Source of the DNA: Desulfobacteraceae bacterium
GTDB taxonomy: Bacteria; Desulfobacterota; Desulfobacteria; Desulfobacterales; JAABSP01
Reading direction: 5' to 3'
DNA length: 64,000 nucleotides
NCBI GenBank assembly: GCA_011390345.1
Contig: JAABSP010000022.1
Location: 6,206-70,205, forward strand
Below, piece after piece: positions 43,976 through 56,478 of the stretch (the first letter of the stretch is position 1; each line of letters begins with the position of its first letter). The notes below the pieces were generated by a model. It was not told the origin of the DNA. It saw nothing but the letters and a program-made list of their open reading frames with translations, and did not search any database. Both the position numbers and the translations under genes were made by a program.

Positions 43976-45772
43976 ATGGCCTTTCCCGACTCGCCCTGGA
44001 TCGTAAAACCTCTGGTTCCGGAGCCGGTCTATACGGACCGGGCCGAATACCTGGAGGATTTTTACGCATGGGCCATCGCAGGGGCAAAGCGGCGCACCAT
44101 GTCCACGGTGATGCTGGGAAAGCGCCGCATGGGAAAGACCGAGATCTTCAAGCGGGTGGTCAACCGTCTCTTCTTCGAGCAGGACCCCAAAAGCCCGGAA
44201 GCGGTGGTTCCGGTCTACTTCAGCTTTCCCGATTCCGGCATCGACCGGGAGACCTTCGCCAGGAAGTATATCGAGAACTTCCTCCGCTACTATGCGGCCT
44301 TCTATCTCCGCAGGCCCGACATCGTCCGGCGGGAGATGGAAACCGATCTTCTGCTCTCGATCATCGAGGAGAACCGGGATGGTTTTCCCCATTCCGACGG
44401 CCTGGAGACGGCACTGATGAAGCACAGGACGGTGATGGAGGGCAAGAGCGTCATTCCGCACCAGACTGCGCTGGAGTGCCCCCGGCGGGTTGCGGATATC
44501 GAGGATTCGACCATCGCGGTCTTTCTGGACGAGTTCCAGAACACCCGGCTGCCCCAGTACGATTTCGACATCGTCGGCTTCATGCAGGAGGCCGTGGAAT
44601 CACCGACATGCCCCCACTTCGTTACCGGATCTGCCATGAGCATCCTCTCCCGGGAGATCATCGGCCGCGGCGCTCTCTTCGGAAGGTTCCGGGGAAAGGA
44701 GATCCGGCCCATGTCTCTCTATTGGGGAAAGGAACTGGCCCTGAATGCGGCCGCGTATCTCGATGCAGCGGTTTCGGAGCCGATGGCCCCGGTGATTGCA
44801 CAGAGATGCGGCGGCAACCCTTTTTATATCACGGCAGTGATTCAGCAGGCCGTGGAACTGAATCGGAGTATCGTTTCCGAAGCCGATCTCAATCACATTC
44901 TTGCGGTGGATCTCTCCTCCGGCTTTATCTGGGGGGAACTCAACGACCAGGTGATGCGCTGGATCGAACGGATCAACGAGCACGGGATCACCAAATGGGC
45001 CCTCTACCTCTCCGCTCTGGATGAGAATACGGACGAAGCCCATCAGTGCCGCCTCGATGTGGACCGAATTCAGAAGGAGATCGAACGCCGGGAAGGGCGA
45101 AAAGTAACCTTGGAGACCATCCGGGATGTGCTCATCAAGCTCTCCCGGGGAGATCTGATCGAATATCTGGAGCTGGGGGACGGATTCCGGCGGGTAGATG
45201 ATCCGATTCTTCTGGAATTTTTGAGGATATGGGGAAAAATCGAGGTCGAGGGGCACGACCGGAATCAGGTCGGCTATGATCTGGAGGCCCGGTATCGGAA
45301 GATGGACCGGCGGTTTGCCGAGTATAAAGGTTATCTTGCGGAAGTCCACATGAGCCAGGTGCTGCTGAACGGGCAGGGCCGGACCCTGCCCGGCGGTTAC
45401 TTCCATTCCGAAGCGGACATCCGGATGCCGCAGCGCTTCGTATATGTAGAAAACCGGAAGCGGCTCGGCTCGGGAAGCGGTCGGGAGATCGACGTGATCG
45501 GCGCTTCGGCAGAGACGGTCTGGGTCTGTCAGAGCAAATGGGTCCAAGAGAGGCGGATCGGGATTGCGGATGTAAAGGCTCTGATGGCCCAAGGAGATGC
45601 GGTGAACGCGGATATGGACCCGAACGGCCTTCAGCTCTGGATTTTCGCGCATGACGGACTGACCGCTGACGCGGCGGAATTTGCCCGCGAAAACGGGATT
45701 TTCTGGTCATCCCGGAACGATTTCGACGGACTGCTCCGGCATCTGGGGCTTCGGCCGCTGCCGGATCTTTAA
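43976..45772 (+). CDS. P-loop ATPase (archaeal-ATPase/DUF234-like) with a C-terminal Mrr-like PD-(D/E)xK nuclease domain
   Basis: Walker A is LGKRRMGKTEIF and Walker B is IAVFLDEFQ. The C-terminal motif is SGREIDVIG…VWVCQSKW…, followed by an Mrr_cat-like tail (…WIFAHDGLTADAAEFARENGIFW). Confidence 0.7.
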   Translation: MAFPDSPWIVKPLVPEPVYTDRAEYLEDFYAWAIAGAKRRTMSTVMLGKRRMGKTEIFKRVVNRLFFEQDPKSPEAVVPVYFSFPDSGIDRETFARKYIENFLRYYAAFYLRRPDIVRREMETDLLLSIIEENRDGFPHSDGLETALMKHRTVMEGKSVIPHQTALECPRRVADIEDSTIAVFLDEFQNTRLPQYDFDIVGFMQEAVESPTCPHFVTGSAMSILSREIIGRGALFGRFRGKEIRPMSLYWGKELALNAAAYLDAAVSEPMAPVIAQRCGGNPFYITAVIQQAVELNRSIVSEADLNHILAVDLSSGFIWGELNDQVMRWIERINEHGITKWALYLSALDENTDEAHQCRLDVDRIQKEIERREGRKVTLETIRDVLIKLSRGDLIEYLELGDGFRRVDDPILLEFLRIWGKIEVEGHDRNQVGYDLEARYRKMDRRFAEYKGYLAEVHMSQVLLNGQGRTLPGGYFHSEADIRMPQRFVYVENRKRLGSGSGREIDVIGASAETVWVCQSKWVQERRIGIADVKALMAQGDAVNADMDPNGLQLWIFAHDGLTADAAEFARENGIFWSSRNDFDGLLRHLGLRPLPDL

Positions 45773-45834
45773 AATTTTTCCTGCCGGTTTTTCAAATCCT
45801 ATTTAAAATCAATATTCATAACGATTGAAAGCAG

Positions 45835-47711
<1,877 letters not shown>

Positions 47712-47724
<13 letters not shown>

Positions 47725-47753
47725 AAATAGATGGAGCTGGTATAAAAATATAT
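47712..47753. repeat. 21-bp tandem duplication spanning the parE stop codon
   Basis: ggagctggtataaaaata occurs twice, at 47712-47729 and 47733-47750. The second copy creates the mini-ORF ATG GAG CTG GTA TAA, ending 7 nt before the parC ATG. Confidence 0.85.
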
Positions 47754-50070
47754 GACCGAGACCACAATGAGCATCGAAGGGGTGGAGGAGCTGCCCCTCA
47801 GAGATTATACTGAAAAGGCGTATCTCGAATACGCGATGTATGTGATTTTAGACCGGGCCCTGCCCCACATCGGCGACGGCCTGAAGCCGGTGCAGCGCCG
47901 GATCGTCTACGCGATGTCGGAGCTGGGGCTCAAGGCCGCGACCAAATACAAGAAATCGGCCAGAACCGTGGGCGATGTCCTCGGCAAATTCCACCCCCAC
48001 GGGGATACGGCCTGCTACGAGGCGATGGTGCTGATGGCCCAGCCCTTCTCCTACCGGTATCCGCTGGTGGACGGGCAGGGAAACTGGGGATCGGCCGACG
48101 ACCCGAAATCCTTTGCGGCCATGCGCTACACCGAATCCCGCCTCTCTCCGTATGCCGATACCCTGCTTTCGGAGCTTGGGCAGGGAACCGCGGAGTGGAT
48201 TCCCAACTTCGACGGAACCCTGAACGAGCCGAAAATCCTCCCCGCGCGGCTGCCCAACGTGCTGCTGAACGGCGCAGCCGGGATCGCGGTCGGCATGGCC
48301 ACCGATATCCCGCCCCACAACCTCCGGGAGGTGACGGATGCCTGCATCCATCTGCTGGAGAACCCGGAGGCCACTGTCCAGGATCTCTGCAAGTTTATCC
48401 TGGGGCCCGACTATCCGACCGGGGCCGAGATCATCACGCCAAAGGAGGAGCTGATCAAAATCTATGAGAACGGCTCCGGAACCGTTCGGATGCGGGCCGT
48501 CTTCCACCGGGAGAACGGGGATATCGTGGTGACCGCACTCCCCTACCAGGCCTCCGGCGGGAAGGTGCTGGAGCAGATCGCAGCCCAGATGCAGGCCAAG
48601 AAGCTGCCGCTGGTGGCCGACCTCCGGGATGAATCGGATCATGAGGCCCCGACGCGCTTTGTCATAGTTCCCAAATCGAACCGGGTCGATGCCGATGCAT
48701 TGATGGCGCATCTTTTTGCAACCACGGATCTGGAGCGGACCTACCGGGTCAACATGAACCTGATCGGCCTGAACGGAAAGCCCGGGGTGAAGAACCTGAA
48801 GGCGCTCCTTTCGGAATGGCTCCAATTCCGGGTGGAGACGGTGCGGAAGCGGCTGCAGCATCGTCTGGACAAGGTAATAGACCGGCTCCATATCTTAGAT
48901 GGCCTTCTGATCGCGTTTTTGAACATCGATGAGGTGATCGCGATCATCCGCAAGGAGGAGAAGCCGAAACCCGTGCTGATGAAGCGCTTCGATCTCACCC
49001 CGGCACAGGCCGAGGCGATCCTGGAGCTGAAGCTGCGCCATCTGGCAAAGCTGGAGGAGATGAAGATCAAAGGGGAGCAGGATGGGCTGGCAAAGGAGCG
49101 GGAGCATCTGGAGAAGATCCTCGGCTCCGAGGCGAAGCTGAAAGCCCAGGTCAAGCGGGAGCTGAAGGCCGACGCGAAGACCTACGGCGATGATCGTCGC
49201 TCTCCCATTGTGGAGCGGGAGGAGGCCCAGGCCCTGCGCCATGCTGACATTCAGCCGAGCGAGCCGGTAACGGTGGTGCTATCGGCAAAGGGGTGGGTCC
49301 GGGCCGCCAAGGGCCATGAGATCGACCCGGAAGGATTGAACTACAAGGCCGGGGATAAATTCCTGGACGCGGCACACGGAGAGAGCAATCAGCAGGCCGT
49401 CTTTCTCGACTCCACAGGCCGGAGCTACTCTCTGCCCGCGCACACCTTTCCCTCTGCAAGAGGGCAGGGAGAGCCCCTGAGCGGACGGTTGCAGCCGCCC
49501 CCGGAAGCCGAATTCACCAAGGTGCTGATGGGAAAGCCCGATGAGAAGCTGATCCTTGCCGGCGACGCGGGATACGGTTTTATCATAAAGCTTTCCGATC
49601 TGTACGCGAAAAACCGGGCAGGCAAGGCGGTGCTGACCCTTCCGCCCAACTCGAACCCGATGCCGCCGCTGCGGATCGATGATCCGAAAGCGTTCCATCT
49701 CTGCGCGGTGACCAACGAGGGGAGGATGCTCCTCTTTCCGGCCCATCAGCTTCCGGAGATGGCAAAGGGGAAGGGGAATCAGATCCTCTCCATTCCGGCA
49801 AAGCGGGCAAAGGCGAGGGAGGAGTTCCTGACGATTCTGATCACTGTTCCCAATGGAGTTGCCGAGCGGGGAGGGCAGGTGATCGTCCGGGTCGGAAAGC
49901 GGCACATGGGCCTGCGATGGGAGGAGCTTGCCCCCTATCTCTCGGAGCGGGGGCGGCGGGGAAAGCTTCTGCCCAGAGGGTTTCGGAGCGTGGATGCCAT
50001 CGAGATCGAGCTGCCGCCGAAGGCGGTGGAAGTGGAAGCGGAGGCCGATTCGCCGGAAGGGGAAAGCTGA
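47752..50070 (+). CDS. parC: DNA topoisomerase IV subunit A
   Basis: …[34 protein letters not shown]…[18 protein letters not shown]… is the ParC/GyrA family N-terminus. The gene sits directly after parE. Confidence 0.9.
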   Translation: MTETTMSIEGVEELPLRDYTEKAYLEYAMYVILDRALPHIGDGLKPVQRRIVYAMSELGLKAATKYKKSARTVGDVLGKFHPHGDTACYEAMVLMAQPFSYRYPLVDGQGNWGSADDPKSFAAMRYTESRLSPYADTLLSELGQGTAEWIPNFDGTLNEPKILPARLPNVLLNGAAGIAVGMATDIPPHNLREVTDACIHLLENPEATVQDLCKFILGPDYPTGAEIITPKEELIKIYENGSGTVRMRAVFHRENGDIVVTALPYQASGGKVLEQIAAQMQAKKLPLVADLRDESDHEAPTRFVIVPKSNRVDADALMAHLFATTDLERTYRVNMNLIGLNGKPGVKNLKALLSEWLQFRVETVRKRLQHRLDKVIDRLHILDGLLIAFLNIDEVIAIIRKEEKPKPVLMKRFDLTPAQAEAILELKLRHLAKLEEMKIKGEQDGLAKEREHLEKILGSEAKLKAQVKRELKADAKTYGDDRRSPIVEREEAQALRHADIQPSEPVTVVLSAKGWVRAAKGHEIDPEGLNYKAGDKFLDAAHGESNQQAVFLDSTGRSYSLPAHTFPSARGQGEPLSGRLQPPPEAEFTKVLMGKPDEKLILAGDAGYGFIIKLSDLYAKNRAGKAVLTLPPNSNPMPPLRIDDPKAFHLCAVTNEGRMLLFPAHQLPEMAKGKGNQILSIPAKRAKAREEFLTILITVPNGVAERGGQVIVRVGKRHMGLRWEELAPYLSERGRRGKLLPRGFRSVDAIEIELPPKAVEVEAEADSPEGES

Positions 50071-50077
50071 GGCTGAT

Positions 50078-50110
50078 ACGGGCGCGCCCTTGCTTTTAGG
50101 ACGCGCCCGT
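50078..50110. terminator. Hairpin between convergent parC and tkt
   Basis: acgggcgcg … cgcgcccgt forms a 9-bp GC-rich stem with a 15-nt loop. Confidence 0.4.
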
Positions 50111-50127
50111 CTTCTTGAAGAAAAATT

Positions 50128-52146
50128 CTACTTCTTCAGCATCTCCTTTGCCTTGGCCACCACATTCTCCGTCGTAAACCCGAACCGCCGCATCACCTCC
50201 GCGCCGGGCGCGGACGCGCCGAAGCCGGAGATGCCGATGATATCCCCCTGGGTTCCCAGGTACTTGAACCAGCCGATGGGGTGGCTCGCCTCCACGGCCA
50301 GCCGTACCGGGATATCCGGGGGAAAGACCTCGTCCTTGTAGGACTGGGGCGTCTTGTCGAAAAGCTCCCAGCAGGGCATGCTCACCACCCGGGCCGCGAT
50401 CCCTTCGCCGGCCAGTCTCTCCGCGGCCTCCAGGGTGATATGGATTTCGGAGCCGGTGGAGACCAGCACCATATCCGGCTTCCGGTCAGGCTCGGAAAGA
50501 ATGTAGGCGCCCTTCAAAAGGCCCTCGGCCGATGCATACTTCTTCCGATCCAGGACCGGCAGCTTCTGGCGGCTCAGGATCAGGGCCACGGGGCCGTCGA
50601 TGTTTTCCATGGTCGCCTTCCATGCAGCCACGGTTTCGGCCGCGTCGGCCGGCCGAATTACCGCCAGCCCTTTGAACATCCGCAGGCTCGGGATGTGCTC
50701 CACCGGCTGATGGGTGGGGCCGTCTTCCCCTACTGCGAGGCTGTCATGGGTGAGGACATAGATCACCGGCAGCTCCATGAGCGCAGCCAGACGGATGCCG
50801 GGCCGCATATAGTCGGCAAAGACGAGAAACGTCCCGGCATATGGCCGAAGCCCCTTGTGCAGGGCCATGCCCGACAGGATTGCAGTCATCGCGTGTTCCC
50901 GGACCCCGAACCGGAGGTTGCGGCCGTCGTATCGCCCCTTTTGAAAATCGGACGCGCCGTCGATGAGGGTCTTGTTGGAGGAGGCGAGGTCCGCGGAGCC
51001 GCCGATCAGCTCCGGGATCTTCTTTGCCAGTGCGTTGAGCACCTTTCCGGATGCTGCACGGGTGGCGATGGGATTTCCGTCTGCAAAATCGGGCAGATCC
51101 GCATCCCATCCCTCGGGCAGCCGGTTTTCGATGGCCATATTCCATGCCGCGGCCAGATCGGGATCGGCATTTTTATAGGCTTCGAAACGCCCCTCCCACA
51201 CCTTCTGGGCATCTTTCCCTCTCTCCTGACATTTTCGGAATTCGGCCAGCACCTCGTCCGAAACATGGAACTCCCGGTCCTCACAGACGAGAAACGCCTT
51301 TGCCAGCCGGACCTCCTCGGCCCCCAGCGGCGCGCCGTGGGCCTCGCAGCACCCCTGCTTGTTGGGGCAGCCGTAGGCGATATGGGTGCGCAGTTGAATG
51401 ATGGAGGGCTTTTCGGTCTCGGCCTTTGCCGCTTCGATGGCCCCTGCGATGGCCTCCAGGTCGTTGCCGTCTTCCACTTTCTGCACATGCCAGCCGCATG
51501 ACTCGAACCGTTTCCCCACATCCTCGGTAAAGGTGATGTCCGTATCCCCTTCGATGGTGATCCGGTTGTCGTCGTAGATGCAGATGAGCCGGGAGAGCCC
51601 CAGATGGCCTGCCAGAGAAGCCGCCTCGTAGGAGATCCCCTCCATGAGGTCCCCGTCGCCGCACATGACATAGGTGTAGTGATCGACGATCTCACCACCG
51701 GCTCTGTTGAAGCGGGCCGCGAGATGGCGCTCGGCCATAGCCATGCCGACCGCGTTGGCAATCCCCTGACCCAGGGGCCCCGTGGTGGTCTCCACCCCCG
51801 CGGTGACGCCGTATTCCGGATGCCCCGGGGTCCTGCTTCCCCACTGGCGGAAGTTCTTGATATCCTCCAGGGTCAGGTCGTAGCCGGTCAGGTAGAGAAG
51901 GCTGTAGAGCAGCGAAGATGCATGTCCTCCGGAGAGGATGAACCGATCCCGGTCGGGCCAGGCCGGATCGAGGGGATTGTGCTTCAGAAATTGGGTCCAG
52001 AGGACATATCCGGCAGGGGCGAGCCCCAAAGGCGCGCCCGGATGTCCGGAATTGGCCTTTTCGATGGCATCCATGCAGAGGCCGCGGATGGTGTTGACAC
52101 ATGCGGTTTCAAAGGTAGCCCGGCTTTCGGGCGACTGCTTACTCAT
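50128..52146 (-). CDS. tkt: Transketolase
   Basis: [41 protein letters not shown]…[10 protein letters not shown]…[15 protein letters not shown] are transketolase motifs. I used the ATG at 52146. Confidence 0.92.
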   Translation of the reverse strand: MSKQSPESRATFETACVNTIRGLCMDAIEKANSGHPGAPLGLAPAGYVLWTQFLKHNPLDPAWPDRDRFILSGGHASSLLYSLLYLTGYDLTLEDIKNFRQWGSRTPGHPEYGVTAGVETTTGPLGQGIANAVGMAMAERHLAARFNRAGGEIVDHYTYVMCGDGDLMEGISYEAASLAGHLGLSRLICIYDDNRITIEGDTDITFTEDVGKRFESCGWHVQKVEDGNDLEAIAGAIEAAKAETEKPSIIQLRTHIAYGCPNKQGCCEAHGAPLGAEEVRLAKAFLVCEDREFHVSDEVLAEFRKCQERGKDAQKVWEGRFEAYKNADPDLAAAWNMAIENRLPEGWDADLPDFADGNPIATRAASGKVLNALAKKIPELIGGSADLASSNKTLIDGASDFQKGRYDGRNLRFGVREHAMTAILSGMALHKGLRPYAGTFLVFADYMRPGIRLAALMELPVIYVLTHDSLAVGEDGPTHQPVEHIPSLRMFKGLAVIRPADAAETVAAWKATMENIDGPVALILSRQKLPVLDRKKYASAEGLLKGAYILSEPDRKPDMVLVSTGSEIHITLEAAERLAGEGIAARVVSMPCWELFDKTPQSYKDEVFPPDIPVRLAVEASHPIGWFKYLGTQGDIIGISGFGASAPGAEVMRRFGFTTENVVAKAKEMLKK

Positions 52147-52205
52147 GGTTGGATTTCTCCTCAAAATAAAAAAATTTAACGGGACAAAATTTTAACAAAC
52201 TATGA

Positions 52206-53078
52206 TTAAAGCGCTCGGAGCCATTCCGGCTTGAGCGCGATCCTTCCGGAAAGAGCTTCGTCGATCATGGAGAGGGTCTTCTCTTTCTCCTTGGGCATTC
52301 TGGCTTTGATGGGCAGATAATTGGAGGCGTGGTTCGCGTGGAAGAGGCCTGCCGAAAGATCGGTGTGTGCGATCATGGTGCGCAGTTCTTTGAGCATCTC
52401 CGTGGGACCCAGCAGTTGAAAATCCCCCCGCTCGTAGTCGGTATGCATGGAAGTGCCCGGAATCAGCATCAGACTGAGCGCCCCCACATAATCGGGATCG
52501 ATGGCCGATATGACCCGGCCCGTCTCCTTTGCGTGGATCTCGGAGCGCTCGGGCCCTGCAATCCCCAAAAGAACCGTCACCGAGAGCCTGATCCCGGCCT
52601 GGACCACTCTTTGGCCCATTCGGATCATCTTCTCCGAGTTCGCGCCCTTGTTGATGGCCTTCAGGGTCTCGTCATCGCCGGTCTCCAGCCCCATATAGAC
52701 GATCCCGATGCCCAGCTCCTTCAACTCCTTCAGCTCCTCGACCGTCTTCATGCCGATGCTTTTTGTGTTGCCGTAGGTTCCGACCCGGGTGACCCAGGGG
52801 AGCTGGTCCCGGATCTCCTCTAAAATCCGCACCAGCCGCTTCTGGGGGATGATGAGTGCGTCCCCGTCACAGAGGAAAACCCGGCGCTGGCGCTTGAAAT
52901 GTTTGGCCGCGTATGCGATATCTGCCATAATGATCTCATCCGGTTTGATGGTGAACCGCTTGTCCGGATAAGTGCCGCAGAACGCACATTTGTTGTGGGA
53001 ACAGCCCAGTGTCACCTGGAGCAGAATACTGTTGGCCTCGCTGGGAGGCCGGATGATGGTGCCTTCGTAATGCATCAT
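52206..53078 (-). CDS. Radical SAM protein (function unknown)
   Basis: It has a CSHNKCAFC (CxxxCxxC) cluster motif near the N-terminus and a TIM-barrel-like pattern. The size is 290 aa. Confidence 0.8.
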   Translation of the reverse strand: MMHYEGTIIRPPSEANSILLQVTLGCSHNKCAFCGTYPDKRFTIKPDEIIMADIAYAAKHFKRQRRVFLCDGDALIIPQKRLVRILEEIRDQLPWVTRVGTYGNTKSIGMKTVEELKELKELGIGIVYMGLETGDDETLKAINKGANSEKMIRMGQRVVQAGIRLSVTVLLGIAGPERSEIHAKETGRVISAIDPDYVGALSLMLIPGTSMHTDYERGDFQLLGPTEMLKELRTMIAHTDLSAGLFHANHASNYLPIKARMPKEKEKTLSMIDEALSGRIALKPEWLRAL

Positions 53079-53207
53079 TTTCTCCTGAAAAATCAGTCCG
53101 ACCGGAATTTTTTTCCCTGTCGGGCGAAAGGTTTACCGCGATATCCTTCTACAATCAACCCTTAAATCAAACCCTGAATCAAAAAAGTTAAGACAAGGGC
53201 AGACGGG

Positions 53208-56200
53208 ATGCAAGAGGTGAATATGAGCAATGAACCGAATGGCTTAGGCGACAGCTTTGATCTCTCCTTTAAAATCTACTATGAACTGATGGCCAACCGG
53301 GTGAGCGAGATCCTGCTGGTCTCCAGCCCCTACGACGCGTTTATCATGGAAGAGGACGGCCGCCTGGCCGAGCGGATCATCCATGAATACCGGGGGCTCA
53401 ACCTCACCCGTCCCCCGCGGCTCACCTGGGTCTCCACCACAAAGGATGCCTTCGAGGCCCTCTCCCGGAAGAAGTTCGACCTGGTACTCACCATGCCGCG
53501 GATCGACGACATGGACCCCTACACCTTCGGCGCGAAGGTAAAGGAGCGGTTCTTCAACCTGCCCATCTTCATGCTGGCGCACTCCACCGACAACATCCGG
53601 ATCGATGTGGATGACCTCAATCGACGAGGCATCGACAAGGTCTTTGTCTGGATGGGAAACACTGACCTGCTGCTGGCGATCATCAAGAGCGTGGAGGACC
53701 AGATGAACGCCTTCCATGACACGGAAAACGCGATGGTCCGGGTGGTCATCCTGGTGGAGGACAACGCGGCCTATTACTCCTCGATGCTGCCGCTGCTCTA
53801 CAAGGAGATCGTCACCCAGACCAATGCGGTGATGGAGGAATCCCTAAACGAAGAGCATCGAATCCTGAGAATGAGAGCCCGGCCCAAGATCCTCACGGCC
53901 GAGACCTTTGAAGAGGCCAAAACCCTCTACAACCGTTACCGGCCCTATCTGTTGAGCGTCTTCTCCGATGTCCGGTTTCCCCGGGGCGGAAAGGTGGACC
54001 CGGACGCGGGATTCAACCTGCTGCGGAAGATCAAGGAGAAAGATCCGGAAATGCCGCTGCTGATGCTCAGCGCGGAGGAATCGAATCAGGAGAGGGCTCT
54101 CGATATCCCCGCAATCTTTTTGAACAAGAACTCCCCGGCTCTGCACGAAGGAATTCACAGCTTTTTCATGGAATATCTGGGCTTTGGGGACTTCGTCTTC
54201 CGCCTTTCGGACGGCAAGGAAGTGGCCCGGGCATCCACCATCCGGGAGATCGAAAGGCTGCTGCCGACGATTCCCGATGATTCCATCCTCTACCATGCAG
54301 TGCGGAACCACTTCTCCAGTTGGCTCATGGCCCGCTCCGAGGTCCAGCTCGCGTCCCGCCTCCGGCCTGTCAAGACGAGCAATTTCAAAAACGCGCAGGA
54401 GATCAAAGAGTATCTGGTGGAACGGATACTGGAACGGCGCAAGGGCCGGCAGCGGGGCGTGATTGCCGATTTCACCCCGGATGCGTTCGACCCGGAGGTC
54501 GATTTCATGAAGATCGGCAAAGGTTCCCTCGGGGGCAAGGCCCGGGGCCTGGCCTTCATGACCCATCAGTTCCGGCGGAACCAGAACCTCCAGGAAAAAT
54601 ACGACAACGTCATCATCACCATTCCCAAGACCGTGGTGCTCTCCACCGAGGGATTCGACGCGGTGGTCAACGACAACAAACTTAAGGAGCTGATCGTCTG
54701 CGGCTGTACGGACCAGCATGTGATCGATCTCTTCTACGAGGCCCGGTTCCCGGGCTGGCTCCGGAAGACCCTGAAAAGCTATCTATCAGGCGTCGGCTAT
54801 CCCATTGCGGTGAGATCTTCCAGCCTCATGGAAGATGCCCAGTACCAGGCCCGGGCCGGGGTCTACAGCACCTATATGCTGCCCAACAACCATCCGGACC
54901 CGGAGGTCCGCCTCCTTCACCTGATGCGGGCCATCCGCCTTGTCTATGCTTCAACCTATCTGGAGAAATCCCGCTCCTTTTCAAAGACGAGCCGACAGCG
55001 CACCGAGGAGGAGAAGATGGCAGTGGTCATCCAGCAGCTCACGGGCCAGCGCCACGGCGATTATTTCTACCCGGCTCTCTCCGGCGTGGCCCAGTCCTAT
55101 AACTTCTATCCCATCTCCCACATGAAGGCCGAAGAGGGGATCGTCCACCTCGCATTCGGCCTCGGCAGAACCGTGGTGGAGGGGGAAACCTCCCTCCGCT
55201 TCTCCCCCAGCTATCCGGAATTCCTCGCCCAGTTCTCATCGGTGGAGGAGACGTTGAAAAACGCGCAGCGACACTTCTACTGCCTGAAGATGACCGATCT
55301 TCCCGAAGACCTCAACCCCGCAGTCCAGCAGACCCTTGCCCGCGTTGAAATCAACACCCCGTCCGTGAAAAACCATTTCCCGGTCCAGTACCTCTCCAGC
55401 ATCTACGACCAGCAGGACAACCGGCTCCGGGATTCCGGATTCGGCTCCGGCTATCGGGTGCTCACCTTTGCTAGCCTTTTGAAATACCGCTCCTTTCCTC
55501 TGGCCGAGATCATCTCGGACATCCTCCGGATGGGCCGCCAGGGAATGGGATGCCCTGTGGAGATCGAGTTTGCCATGAACCTGCCCCCGGAAAAGGGAGA
55601 GAAGGCCGAATTCAGCCTCCTCCAGATCCGCCCCATGGCCTTAAGCCCCCGAAATATGGAGGTGGAGATCGAAGCATCGGAGATCGAGGGGGCCCGCTGT
55701 TATTCGGAAAACGCGATGGGCAACGGCGTCTTTAAGAATATCGAGGATATCGTTTTCGTGAAGCGGGAAAGTTTCGACCCTTCAAAAACAGTGGAACAGG
55801 CCCGGGAGATCGGCCGCCTCAACAGCAAACTGGCCCGGGAAAACCGGAGATACCTTCTCATTGGGCCCGGCCGCTGGGGATCGGCCGACCCATGGCTCGG
55901 GATACCGGTCACCTGGAAGGATATCTCCGGCGTCGGAGCCATCATCGAGGCCGCGATCGAAAGCCTCAGGGCCGACCCCTCCCAGGGCTCCCATTTCTTT
56001 CACAACATCACCTCCCTGGGGATCAGCTACATCACCGTGGTGGACAAGGGAAAAAGTTTCATCGACTGGGATTGGCTCGAAACCCTTCCCCCTAAAGAAG
56101 AGACGACCTACCTGCGCCACATACAACTCGAAAAGCCCCTGACCATCAAGATCGACGGCAAAAGGAGCAGGGCCCTTATTTCTGATTGGGTTTCTGATCG

Positions 56201-56213
56201 GGTTTCCGATTGA
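53208..56213 (+). CDS. PEP/pyruvate-binding (PPDK_N ATP-grasp) domain protein with N-terminal receiver-like domains
   Basis: The central region reads …IGKGSLGGKARGLAFM…IAVRSSSLMEDAQYQARAGVYSTY…VEIEFAM…, matching PPDK_N. The N-terminal REC-like domain has DLVLTMPRID, with Thr where the phospho-Asp is expected. Confidence 0.75.
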   Translation: MQEVNMSNEPNGLGDSFDLSFKIYYELMANRVSEILLVSSPYDAFIMEEDGRLAERIIHEYRGLNLTRPPRLTWVSTTKDAFEALSRKKFDLVLTMPRIDDMDPYTFGAKVKERFFNLPIFMLAHSTDNIRIDVDDLNRRGIDKVFVWMGNTDLLLAIIKSVEDQMNAFHDTENAMVRVVILVEDNAAYYSSMLPLLYKEIVTQTNAVMEESLNEEHRILRMRARPKILTAETFEEAKTLYNRYRPYLLSVFSDVRFPRGGKVDPDAGFNLLRKIKEKDPEMPLLMLSAEESNQERALDIPAIFLNKNSPALHEGIHSFFMEYLGFGDFVFRLSDGKEVARASTIREIERLLPTIPDDSILYHAVRNHFSSWLMARSEVQLASRLRPVKTSNFKNAQEIKEYLVERILERRKGRQRGVIADFTPDAFDPEVDFMKIGKGSLGGKARGLAFMTHQFRRNQNLQEKYDNVIITIPKTVVLSTEGFDAVVNDNKLKELIVCGCTDQHVIDLFYEARFPGWLRKTLKSYLSGVGYPIAVRSSSLMEDAQYQARAGVYSTYMLPNNHPDPEVRLLHLMRAIRLVYASTYLEKSRSFSKTSRQRTEEEKMAVVIQQLTGQRHGDYFYPALSGVAQSYNFYPISHMKAEEGIVHLAFGLGRTVVEGETSLRFSPSYPEFLAQFSSVEETLKNAQRHFYCLKMTDLPEDLNPAVQQTLARVEINTPSVKNHFPVQYLSSIYDQQDNRLRDSGFGSGYRVLTFASLLKYRSFPLAEIISDILRMGRQGMGCPVEIEFAMNLPPEKGEKAEFSLLQIRPMALSPRNMEVEIEASEIEGARCYSENAMGNGVFKNIEDIVFVKRESFDPSKTVEQAREIGRLNSKLARENRRYLLIGPGRWGSADPWLGIPVTWKDISGVGAIIEAAIESLRADPSQGSHFFHNITSLGISYITVVDKGKSFIDWDWLETLPPKEETTYLRHIQLEKPLTIKIDGKRSRALISDWVSDRVSD

Positions 56214-56266
56214 CCGGTTAGGGCGATTTTTTGGATTCAAAATTTCACTTAAAGGAACGAAAAAAT

Positions 56267-56300
56267 GGACGGAGTGGAGTTGAACTCCTACGTCCTTTTT
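56267..56300 (+). terminator. Imperfect hairpin plus T5, candidate terminator after the PPDK_N-domain gene
   Basis: ggacggagtggagt-tgaa-ctcctacgtcc is followed by ttttt. The stem has a mismatch and a bulge. Confidence 0.35.
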
Positions 56301-56398
56301 CCATGTTCATTTCCAAAATTTACCTTAAAATCCCTTGACATCCGGTGCCTGATCTGCACAAAAGAAAGGTTTGCCGTTTCATCGGCGCGGCAGGAATC

Positions 56399-56437
56399 GT
56401 CCATACAAATGTCCACTACGTCCATTTTGTCCACTCA
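56399..56437. repeat. 9-bp periodic GTCCAYT units (gtccatacaaat gtccactac gtccatttt gtccactca)
   Basis: Read directly from the sequence. It lies about 42 nt upstream of the serC ATG and is related to the array at 43892-43927. Confidence 0.6.
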
Positions 56438-56478
56438 ATTGAATCATAAAAACGACTTTAACAGAGGAGAAAACAGAC

